Shown here piece after piece: positions 1 to 13,738 of a DNA stretch of 64,000 bases; the first letter of the stretch is position 1; every line of letters starts with the position of its first letter. The stretch comes from Macrostomum lignano (Eukaryota). The DNA lies in assembly GCA_002269645.1 (NCBI GenBank), contig NIVC01001153.1, positions 62,001 through 126,000 of the forward strand. Direction: 5' to 3'. The translations under genes were made by a program, and so were the position numbers. Below the pieces are notes generated by a model. It did not search any database and was not told the DNA's origin. It saw nothing but the letters and a program-made list of their open reading frames with translations.

Positions 1-941
1 CGCTATCCAGCCGCTGTCTCGCGCTGCTCCTGCTGGCCATCTGGCTGACCTCGCTGCTGCTATCGTGTCCTCTGCTAGCATTCGCCAACGCCGTCCCAGA
101 TCCCATGGCCCTGGAGAGAAACGGTCAAACTCTGTACTTTTGTAGCGAAGGCTTCGATACTTATCACTCGGCGAAACTATTCTACAGCTGCGTCACCCTG
201 CTGCTGCAGTTCCTGCTGCCGTTGATCTGCATTGCCGGCTCCAATGTTGCCATTCACTGCCGGCTGCAGCAGCGGATGCGGAAGCGCCGCCGCCACCTGT
301 CGCAGAATCAGTTCAGGAGCCGGCGTCGCTTCCGCGTCAGCCTGATGCTCGGCGTTATCGCCGCCGGCTTCGCCCTGGCCTGGCTACCGTTGACCGTTTC
401 AAATGCTGTGCACGACTACAGCAACTGGCGTCAGTGGTTGCTATGGCAACAGAACAGATCTTCCAGTGATGAAGTATCGAAATCGCAGCAGCAGCAGCAG
501 CAGCCGCTGCTCGGTGATCGAAATGCCGAGTTGCACAGCCTCTGCCTGACAGTCATCCTGGTCTCGCCCTGCATCAATGCCACTGTCTATGGCTTTTTCA
601 ATGACAAGCTCAAGGAGCAGTACAGGAATATTCTAAGGGAACTTCTTCACAAGTTCACCAACGTCTGGCGTCGATTCAGAAGTCTTTGCAATCCAGTTTG
701 TCATCTGCATCAGGATGCGGCCATCGAGAGCCCGTTGCGGTCAGCATCCACTGAATCTGTGAAGGATGAAGGAGTAAACGAAGTCGCCGTGCGGTCTTGC
801 AGCTGTGGGAGCTGCAAAATCGAGGAGCTCGTGCTGTACAATGCCGTAGCCGAGGCGCTGCTACCGATGGCGTCGCCGGAGGCGTCGACTCAGCAGCAAT
901 TGTCGACAGGTCGATTTGACTCTCAAGTTGTAGTCGAGTAA
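1..941 (+). CDS. Rhodopsin-class GPCR (neuropeptide Y/F receptor-like), TM4 to C-terminus; 5' end lies upstream of the window
   Basis: Frame is open from base 3 (LSSRCLALLLLAIWLTSLLLSCPLL = TM4). It continues through TM5 (YSCVTLLLQFLLP), TM6 (AWLP) and TM7 (SPCINATVYGFFN) to TAA at 939-941. Confidence 0.85.
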   Translation, partial: LSSRCLALLLLAIWLTSLLLSCPLLAFANAVPDPMALERNGQTLYFCSEGFDTYHSAKLFYSCVTLLLQFLLPLICIAGSNVAIHCRLQQRMRKRRRHLSQNQFRSRRRFRVSLMLGVIAAGFALAWLPLTVSNAVHDYSNWRQWLLWQQNRSSSDEVSKSQQQQQQPLLGDRNAELHSLCLTVILVSPCINATVYGFFNDKLKEQYRNILRELLHKFTNVWRRFRSLCNPVCHLHQDAAIESPLRSASTESVKDEGVNEVAVRSCSCGSCKIEELVLYNAVAEALLPMASPEASTQQQLSTGRFDSQVVVE

Positions 942-1034
942 AACTGCTTTAATTTGCCACTCTTCAGTTTTCCTGATCCCAGTTCAAACATTCAGATTCT
1001 CACACTCGGTTACTATTCTCCAAGATCCTTGCAC

Positions 1035-1625
1035 CCTCAGTTGCTGGACCAGCCTCCCAAATCATCAGTTGCTGAGCCAGCCTCCCAGATCCTTAGTTGC
1101 TGAGCCAGCCTCCCAGATCCTCAGTTGCTGTGCCACAAGCCTCCCAGATCCTCAGTTGCTTGACCAGCCTCCCAGATCCTCAGTTGCTAGACCAGCCTCC
1201 CAGATCCTCAGTTGCTGAGCCAGCCTCCAAGATCCTCAGTTGCTGGGCCACCAGCCTCCCAGATCCTCAGTTGCTAGGCCAGCCTCCCAGATCCTCAGTT
1301 GCTGGGCCACCAGCCTCCCAGATCCTCAGTTGCTGGGCCAGTCTCCCAGATCCCCAGTTGTTGGGCCAGCCTCCCAGATCCTCAGTTGCTGGACTGGGCC
1401 AGCCTCCCAGATCCCCAGTTACTGGGCCAGCCTCACAGATCCTCAGTTGCTTGACCAGCCTCCCAGATCCTCAGTTGCTAGGCCAGCCTCCCAGATCCCC
1501 AGTTGCTGGGCCAGCCTCCCAGATCCCCAGTTGCTGGGCCAGCCTCCCAGATCCCCAGTTGCTGGGCCAGCCTCCCAGATCCCCAGTTGCTGGGCCAGCC
1601 TCCAAGATCCCCAGTTGCTGGGCCT
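1035..1625. repeat. ~28-bp minisatellite (CCTCCCAGATCCTCAGTTGCTGGGCCAG)
   Basis: About 20 degenerate tandem copies; same family at 32020-32595. Confidence 0.95.
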
Positions 1626-2863
1626 CTCAGATATACAAATCACTGAAACAACAAACTGTTCATTAAGAGAGAAGATCATCCAAACAGCAGAAAACTTTTA
1701 GCATCTGTACACAGCATGCATTGCCGTTGTGGGGTTTGTTTTGGAATGATATATACTATTTTGTAACTGTGTTACAAAAATATTGGATCTATGCGCCTAA
1801 ACTGATATAGTACATACTCGAGTCCCTTCTTATTAATACAATATTACACACATTATTCATTTTATTCATTTTCTCCAAACCACTGCAAGTTCTTAGTTAA
1901 AAAATCTAACTACGCTACTTGTATTTGTGAACGCAGTAGTGTGTTGTGACAATCAGCTACAGTTATACTTTTTTTCTATACAAACGTAAGCTTGTTGTGA
2001 GTCATGCGTTCAATGCTACTCTGCACTAAATAGCACAACTAAGGCAACCCATCAGATCTTTATTATTTTGCTTTACAATTTGATTTGAATTGAGCAACGG
2101 AAAGATTTTTGAAGTGCGTCATCTTCCCATTGCATGCTACGAGCTATCTTACAGGATGCAGCATGAACCCTGAATACAAAGTATTGTAGCTTTGTCAGAA
2201 ACCTGAACATAGAAATGTTCTGTCCTAGTTGTTGGCGAGTCTATCGTGTTAATTTCAACTAAATTAGATGCTTAATATATCCTAAAATACATTCCGAAAG
2301 ATCACTTGTCAGTTTATGCTGTTTAGCATATCCTGTTGTTGTTATTCTTCTATTCGCAAGGAAAACCGTTCGATTTGAATTTCTAATTTTATACCCTGTG
2401 TGTAACTATAATGCGGCTGCATAGTTGACCCTCAGATTAGCGGTTCCGTAGCAAATTTTTCTGGCCTTCGAAGATTTCACTAAGAACAGCTTTGGCTCTG
2501 GCGCACAATCAAGCATAATAAATGCATTACTCCACATCGTCCAATATCTTCGAGATCTCATTCATACGCATTGTACATACATCTCGAGTTAAGAAGTCAA
2601 AAATAGAAAACAAAAGCACTGGATTTAAAGAGAACTCAAATTACGAACTTTTCAGTTCAAGTTAAAAAAGGCATTCTATTTATATTTCGTTGACCTGTGC
2701 TTAGTCAATATTGTTTTACAAGTTTAATTATCTCGACTCAAAACGATATTAAACAGCCATCGCGTTGATGTTAACAATTCAATCAATAGTATTGAGAAAT
2801 TGTCCACAAATTTATGTTCAATTTTTCAAAGTCATCTAAGCTTCATCGAGGAAGGCGAATGAC

Positions 2864-4303
<1,440 letters not shown>

Positions 4304-4479
4304 GTTGGCTAAGAGCTGAGCGAGTCGGGAAGCAAAAGCTTCAAAGAGAGCTTAGACGGGCTTTTGAGGTTAGCTGAGGAGCGCCGGAGCGGTTGGCCTC
4401 GGGGCCGCCCTCGGCTGCCGCTTTTATGCTTTTCTCGGCCCGTCGGCGGGGGGGCAGCGTCGCGAAGGCGCCGCTCGGC

Positions 4480-4930
4480 AACGGGGGTTGAGCGCCTGGC
4501 AACGGCTTGGTGGGGTGAGGGTGAGGGTGGGTAGGGTGGCTGACAGGGTGGAGTTTCAATTGATAGCCCCCTGCCGCAGTCTATGCAAAAAAGGCGAGGA
4601 GCGGTGGAGGTTGGGAGCGGCGGCTTTGCTACGCCTTCGTCAAGCCGTTTTTCTCTCTATTGTTGCCATGGTAGTCTCTGGGGTATGGGGTAGGGGTTGG
4701 AAGAGCAGCTTTCAAAGAGGCGCGGGTACGTGGTTTAATGGTTGGCAAGTTAGGCAAGGCTGGAAAGCGAGAGAAAGGGGGGACTGGCGGCGGCCCTAGC
4801 AACGGCGGGGTAGTTGGCAGGTTTGGAGAGAGATGAGGACAGGTAAGAGAGAGAAAGAATGCTTGGGTTGCGCGCGAACCCACACGCTTTAGAGCTGCGA
4901 CCAACTCTTCTTTCTGGCCATGGCAACCCC
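4480..4930. promoter_or_regulatory. Tubulin A upstream region with RFX X-box-like sites
   Basis: GTTGCCATGGTAG at 4662-4674, CTGGCCATGGCAAC at 4914-4927, CCCTAGCAAC near 4794; CATAAAA TATA-like element on the minus strand near 4425. Confidence 0.55.
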
Positions 4931-5229
4931 CCACCCCCTCTTGGGGGCGTCCATGACAACCGCTTATGCCTGCCCCTACCTAGAAGAGTGGGGCTGTTTA
5001 TCTTGAGTACGGAGGGTTGAGTTAGAAGCGGCCGCATAACTTAACTGCGACTGAGTACAGTAGCGTGAGCGGATACTGCATGCATTCCTGTCGTGCAATG
5101 TTGGAGGGGGTGGACAATGCGTATCTCAGGAATGCTCTGCAGTGATGATGACGCACGTTCGATGCAGCTGCATGGGACAATGGGCAGCTTGGAGCCTGCA
5201 GAATATAGAAGAATAGGCCGAGGGGGGGG

Positions 5230-5540
5230 GGGGTTATAAAACTCAAAGCATTTTCAGCTCTCTCTCTATGCTGCGCAAGTATAGAGACGACCGATTGCTG
5301 AATAATAGAACAAGTTTAGCAGCTGGGTGTGGAGATGGGGTTGCTGCTGTGCAGAGCTATTGCAGAAAGGCTTCGTTAATTTTTTTCGCTAAAGCTATAA
5401 GCTGAGACTCAGGAGAGAGAGAGAGAGAGAGAGAGAGAAAGATTTAGATTTTAACCCCCGCTTCTTTCTGGCTATACCTGTTAAAGCTGCGACTCTCGCC
5501 CTAGCAACCAGCGGCGTCCGTTGCCCGTAGCAACGCGAAC
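5230..5540 (+). promoter_or_regulatory. Promoter-like block: TATAAAA, (GA)n tract, X-box GTTGCCCGTAGCAAC
   Basis: TATAAAA near 5234, GA repeat near 5413-5437, X-box at 5520-5534 and a half-site near 5500. Confidence 0.4.
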
Positions 5541-6014
5541 TGGCTCTACCGTACCCGCTATTACCCGCCCCCTCTCCACTTCGCGCTCGCTTGCAACTCT
5601 ATACTCTACCTGCAGTTAACCAACACCCCCACCCCTCCATTCCCAGCAAGCAGAGATACTGACTGTATGTGTGCACCTGCATGGAATCAATCTAAAGATT
5701 TTTCTGCTTTTAGGAAGTAAGGGAACTTTAGCTTTTTGATTGAGATTTAAGGTCGAGAGTGTTGGTTGTCAAAGATGACTCATGTTTAAGTGTTAAAATG
5801 ACTAATATCAATGCCACCTTGTTATTTTTTTCACTTTTACTCAACTTTTAACCTTTATGCGACTTTTTCTAAGGTGGCAAAAGTTGCTGCAGTTTTTGCA
5901 ATTAGGGCTAAAAAGACTCCCTTCATACCCGGCTACTTGAGGCTGCCGGAGCATGTTGTTTACTGTCAGGCACAGAATGCCAACTGTTTTCCGGTTAATT
6001 GCCTTACTCGCGAG

Positions 6015-6276
6015 AGGGGCCCGCGAAGCCTCTCTATCCGGCCCTCCGGGTCCTTTGAAACTTCACAATAGCAATCCCGCTCAAGATTGGTGTCTCTTTT
6101 CAGCTCTCTATAGTCGATCTCCTCCCTCTTTTCCCTCCTTTCTCCTCTCGTTTCGTCCCGTCTCGTCTCTTCTCCTTTATTCCCCTCGTCTCTCTTCTCT
6201 ATTTCCTCTCTTCTCAGCCCTCCTTAGGCCTCAAGTCAGATGCTATATAGGTTGTAAAAAAGTTTGCCAATCCCTG
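6015..6276. mobile_element. Partial hAT-like MITE (family shared with 63056-63362)
   Basis: Shares GGTCCTTTGAAACTTCACAAT, a CT-rich interior and the right TIR TTTGCCAATCCCTG with the 63 kb copy; left end not found. Confidence 0.6.
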
Positions 6277-9060
6277 CCTTGTTCAAATTCGCAAGATTTT
6301 CCAACTCTTTATACGGGAGCAAAAGGAATTACAGACCTCGCGTATAATGTAATAAAAGGTACGAGCAACGCTCGTATTATCGCTGAAGAAAAAATGGAAG
6401 ATAAAATGCCAAAAATGGTCATGTCGAAAGCAAGTGCGAATAGTTGAATTTGAGCAATATGCAACAGAATTAAAGCTCCATACTCGTTTAAATACCCGCT
6501 GTCAAATTTTCCAATTTCCATAAGTTACCGTCGCGGTTTATAATCTACAGTGTAACTGTGTAATCTTAAGAAATCATAGCAGCAGAGTTACAGAGCCCCT
6601 AAATAAGTATTGCTGCTCAAACATATAGCATAGAAAGACCAAAACACGAGTCTGAATTGAGAAACTGAGATAACAGAGATTGCAATGAGTGAGTAAGAAG
6701 ATTCGCGTTTGCTCAGGGGGTCACGCACTGCTGCATGCAGCTGCATGGCCATACAGTGAGAGAGCTGTCTGCACACAGTTCAATGCAGATTTGAGGCGAG
6801 CCTCCAGTATGCCGGTTGCTATGGACTCATCCAGTGAATAGCTGCTGCAGCACTGCTTGCCGACTGTCTTCGAATAAAGAAGACAATGACCCGAGGGCAG
6901 GCTTAAGCAAATAATACAGACGAGATTCCGCCTCATATCTTGGGGGCACAACTCTGTTTAATTAGCGTTGAACTGCAGAGAGCTCCATCATCGCTAACAA
7001 TTGCTCATGCAGGGGCATTTCTGTTAACGAACCCACCCATGATAATTCTTCCAAGTTTGGCCGTCTCGAGTTGAGATGAAGTTTTCGAGTGGCCCGAGTC
7101 CCAGTCTCTCGATCTGTGCAGGCTTTGAGAAACCATTTTCCTGCCAAAATAAGACTTGTCTCGCTTCAATGCATCTTATATGGTAGATGCAAATTCTAAG
7201 CATTGTTCGCCATTAGCTAAGCCTCGAGTGCTCAAGTTGGGGGCCACAAAATGCTTCTAGAATGCAATCTTTTCGCGATTCAATCTTTAGGCAGTGCGTG
7301 CGTTATATACTCGTAAAATGGTTTCAGTGCAGGTAAAAATATGGAGCCTTTCAAAATAGATGGCGTCCCTAGTTACCCGCAGGCTTAACCAGTTTTAATT
7401 GCTGGGCAACTCGCAGACTTATTTCGCAGACCTAACTCGAAATGAACAGCATTTCGAGTTAGGCTTCTGTCTGCCATTTTTGAGTGCAGTTTTTTCATTT
7501 TATTTAGAATCCAAAATGTATGCTTTACTGCTTTCTGTTAAATTTTGCTCCTAAATGCGTCATCGTCAGCCTGAAAATAGTGCGTCTCGAGCCACTGTAA
7601 AGAATAAAATTGAAAGTTAATTAAAGTTTATCGAATGACGAATCAGTCTGCAACACATCTGGGGCATTGCAGGGGGGCTCACTACGAGCTAAACTCTGCT
7701 ATTACCAACCAAGTACATTTAACTGTAGAGTTACAATCGCCTGAGTCGCAACTCAACTTCAAGTTTCTCTTTGTTCAGGTCAATACCTCTATGCAGACCT
7801 GTAAACAAGTTTGCCTGTATTGCATGACTCATTTAAAAGAAGAAAGAATGTTCCAAAGTTTTCTGTTCATTTAATTTGAATAATTAACAAATAAAGTTAC
7901 ACAGCGAGTCACTTGGAGTCTCCGAATTGGGGCACTTTGGGTTTAATTATTCGAAATACGTTTGCAGTTTAAATAATGAAGAACTGCTCTGTAGCTTATG
8001 TGTAAAATCATCGGTCTACAATGTCCCATTCGAAGAACAAACGTTTTTTTATTTTTCACCCGATGGCGAATGTAAAAGTGAGGAAACAGGATTGGGGTGG
8101 GGACTGGAATGTGGGAGAACTGCATGGATGGGACATCCAGCATTCGCACAGTTGATGCGTTAGTGGTGGTTAAATAAATAGATAGCCCCCAGCTGCTTCA
8201 ATACCCACAGATGAAGCTGCATACTAATATACAGTTCAACGGATGAACTCAAACCCGATATGGCCGCTTGGGTATTCGGGAAAAAATTTAGCAATCATTT
8301 TTTTTCATCTATTCTAGCTAGCTTAACAGTTCACTACAGCCCATCTAAACAAAGATTTTGCAGATCTTGAAACGTGATACGAATTTGAAAACAAGATTAG
8401 ACTAGAGAGAAGAGTAGAAGAGATAGAAAGAGAATTAATTACCCATGGCCATAGGCGAAGACTACAAACACCGGTCCTACTGCTTTAGAAGTTAGAATAC
8501 CAAGGTCTTGCTTGCCTTAGAATGACTGGATTAGTTAGCCGGTTTTGGGCATACAAAAAATTCTAAGCCCCAGCATTGTCCGTTACCATCCCAACGTTTG
8601 AGCCGGTTTGAGTTGGAGTGCTAAGTGCTGAGTCAGACTCAACCCCCCCCCCCCCTAGCTCCAGCCCTCTCACCCCATCCACTTCATTCTCATTCTCTCT
8701 CGTTCACAATTCACAAAGAAAGAATTGGAGAATGGAGCACGCATAAATTTGATGCAGAGAATGGCGAAGTCTTTCGTCCTCCGCCCATCCTCCTCCCTCA
8801 TCTCCTCTCACTGCCCATCCTTCCATATCTGTCTGCCCGACTATAATAGACCAAAACCCCTCTCTTTCGTTCCCAACTCTCACTGTACATTGAAAACTAT
8901 GTACATTGGCCAGAGTGTACAGCAGGCCACATGGAGGCTGTCTTTCCTAATTGCAGTTTTGTGACTCAGAGCGCGGCTGGATTTAGCAACGGGTCGCGCC
9001 CACCCCACCAACCCCCCGACCACCCCACACACCCCAGCTAGTCTGAGTGGCGGCGCAAGC

Positions 9061-9067
9061 TATAAAA
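9061..9067 (+). promoter_or_regulatory. TATA box of tubulin B
   Basis: TATAAAA ~120 bp upstream of the ATG at 9183, preceded by C/GC-rich boxes and TTAGCAAC near 8983. Confidence 0.65.
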
Positions 9068-9182
9068 CTGGTACCCCTCAGCGCCCGCCCGGCACTATCT
9101 ACACCGCCAGGACAAGCCAGTCTAAAGCTTCCTCTCTTATTCCGTCCAGACTTCTACATCCCCCCTTACTAATCCCGTCAGA

Positions 9183-10832
<1,650 letters not shown>

Positions 10833-11394
10833 GCCATTCGCCATGGACTTGAACATCCGGCACTCCAGACTGACAGACTGGCGCGGAATGATTGGAACAT
10901 TCTAATATTTATACAATATTTTAAAATTTTGTAAGACACCCAAACTACCTGTAATAACCAACCATGTTTTTTAATATTGAATCAGCGATTTATTTAAAAA
11001 ATATTTCTCTATTCAAACTTTTAGGCGTTGTGCTTTTTAATACCAAAGATGTGCGTTAAAATCTCGATTAGGTTTTTATCAAATAACTAATGATGGAATT
11101 CGATCAATAGTTTAGAACTATTATTCAAATCAAAGCTATGCTACGTCGATGTTAAACCACATCTTTTTGATCGGGTAGCGAAATTAAACCAATTGCCCAA
11201 ATAAATGTCAACTTCGGCGATTGTTTTTTACCAACAAACTTAGTTCCAGGTTTTTTGTGTGTTTACATGTATTTTATTCCTGGATAAGTATACTTTAATA
11301 CGGATCGTAAGCGCCTCTGATGCTGGTGCCCACGAAGATAATGTACATGAAATGGGGCCGCAATCAATGAAAGAAATGACGCCAAAATAAAATT

Positions 11395-12690
11395 AAATGG
11401 CGCCACAATATCAAATAGAATGGCGCCACAATATCAAATAGAATGGCGCCACAATATCAAATAGAATGGCGCCACAATATCAAATGAAATGGCGCCACAA
11501 TATCCAATAGAGTAGCGTCACAATATCAAATGAAATGGCGCCACAATATCAAATAGAATGGCGCCACAATATCAAATAGAATGGCGCCACAATATCAAAT
11601 GAAATGGCGCCACAATATCCAATAGAGTAGCGTCACAATATCAAATGAAATGGCGCCACAATATCAAATGGAATGGCGCCACAATATCAAATGGAATGGC
11701 GCCACAATATCAAATGGAATGGCGCCAAAATGTCAAATGGAATGGCGCCACAATATCAAATAGAATGGCGCCACAATATCAAATGGAATGGCGCCACAAT
11801 ATCAAATGGAATGGCGCCACAATATCAAATGGAATGGTGCCAAAATATCAAATAGAATGGCGCCAAAATATCAAATAGATTGGCGCCACAATATCAAATG
11901 GAATGGCGCCACAATATCCGATGGAAATGGAATGGCGCCACAATATCAAATAGAATGGCGCCACAATACCAAATAGAATGGCGCCACAATATCAAATGAA
12001 ATGGCGCCACAATATCCAATAGAGTAGCGTCACAATATCAAATGAAATGGCGCCACAATATCAAATGGAATGGCGCCACAATATCAAATGGAATGGCGCC
12101 ACAATATCAAATGGAATGGCGCCAAAATATCAAATGGAATGGCGCCACAATATCAAATGGAATGGCGCCACAATATCAAATGGAATGGCGCCAAAATGTC
12201 AAATGGAATGGCGCCACAATATCAAATGGAATGGCGCCAAAATATCAAATGAAATGTCGGCACAATATCTCAAATGGAATGGCGCCACAATATCAAATGA
12301 AATGGCGCCACAATATCCAATAGAGTAGCGCCACAATATCAAATGAAATGGCGCCACAATATCAAATGGAATGGCGCCACAATATCAAATGGAATGGCGC
12401 CAAAATATCAAATGAAATGTCGGCACAATATCTCAAATGGAATGGCGCCACAATATCAAATGAAATGGCGCCACAATATCCAATAGAGTAGCGCCACAAT
12501 ATCAAATGAAATGGCGCCACAATATCAAATGGAATGGCGCCACAATATCAAATAGAATGGCGCCACAATATCAAATAAAATGGCGCCACAATACGAGTAT
12601 CAAATGGAATGGCGGCACAATCAACAAATGAAATAGCGCCACAATATCAAATGAAATGGCGGCACAATATCAAATGAAATGGCGCTAAAA
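11395..12690. repeat. ~24-bp minisatellite (AATGGCGCCACAATATCAAATGG)
   Basis: About 50 tandem copies with recurring variant blocks. Confidence 0.95.
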
Positions 12691-13594
12691 GTAAATGAAA
12701 TGCATGCCTGGTTGAATTCAATTAAGTGCCCGATCAATTAATGCAAGTGATACATTACATACTCGCACATACAAATTGCTACATGAGCATTGTAAACAAT
12801 AAACATGTACATTCAGATGCTATAGATCTACGAGTAAAAGCTGAAAAGAATTTAGAATGCCAAGAAGCTAATAATTAGTTTCATGTAACAGTACATTACT
12901 AATGTGCACTCATTTATTTAAGGTCTAAAGAGCTATTAAAGCATGAATTGGTGCAAATTCATTGCGTATGTAAATATTTATATTTTTCATTTAAAAAAAT
13001 CAAATTAAAATATGAAAAGGCAAATTTAGGCAGTGCAGGAAACACCGAAGTATAAAACAAAGGCACTGCGGTACATGCATGAGATGTCCATGCACAATTC
13101 AACTGTGGGGCAATTGCTTATAGAATCAATAAAAATGTAATGAGGGCTAACTTGAAATGATGAAAGCAGCTCTAAGCTAATTACGCATATATATGTACTT
13201 TTAGCGTGCATGTAAAAACTTACTGATAATGCAAAATGAAAATGTAAAAGTCGAATTTAGTTGAGCAAAGTTGATTTGTGTTTTTTGTTTAAATTCAAAA
13301 ATTTTTTAATTGGGCCAGGCGAAAGATTTGCGGATTAAGAAATAAGAATTTTTTGGAGGCGGAACAGAAATTACATAGAATACCACGCTAACTGTGGGGA
13401 GCGGGGTGGCTGTGTAAGCTGCGCGCACATAAGAAAATTAAAAGCTGATAAATAGTGACCGTATATCCAATGTCGTAGGCCAATGATCATGGGCTAACGC
13501 CCTTAGCAGCAAGGTTTTCTATCATTTTAAATATTGCTATGCAATTATAGCATACACATCCGGTAAGTGCATATATGCGATTTTTATTTGCGTG

Positions 13595-13667
13595 GTTGCC
13601 TTGATGTTGCTATGCCGTTGCTATGCTGTTGCTATGCTGTTGTTATGCTGTTGCTATGCTGTTGCCG
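13595..13667. repeat. 11-bp repeat GTTGCTATGCT
   Basis: About 6 copies just 3' of the NDK-like gene. Confidence 0.8.
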
Positions 13668-13738
13668 TGTGCCTGTAAAATCATCAATGATGCGCCTTAT
13701 TCTGTAAAAACAAGTTGACAAGACAACAAACTAATTAA

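Noticed and set aside
5953-7150. Short ORFs in the tubulin spacer
   Set aside because: No recognisable domain; partly a CT-rich MITE interior.
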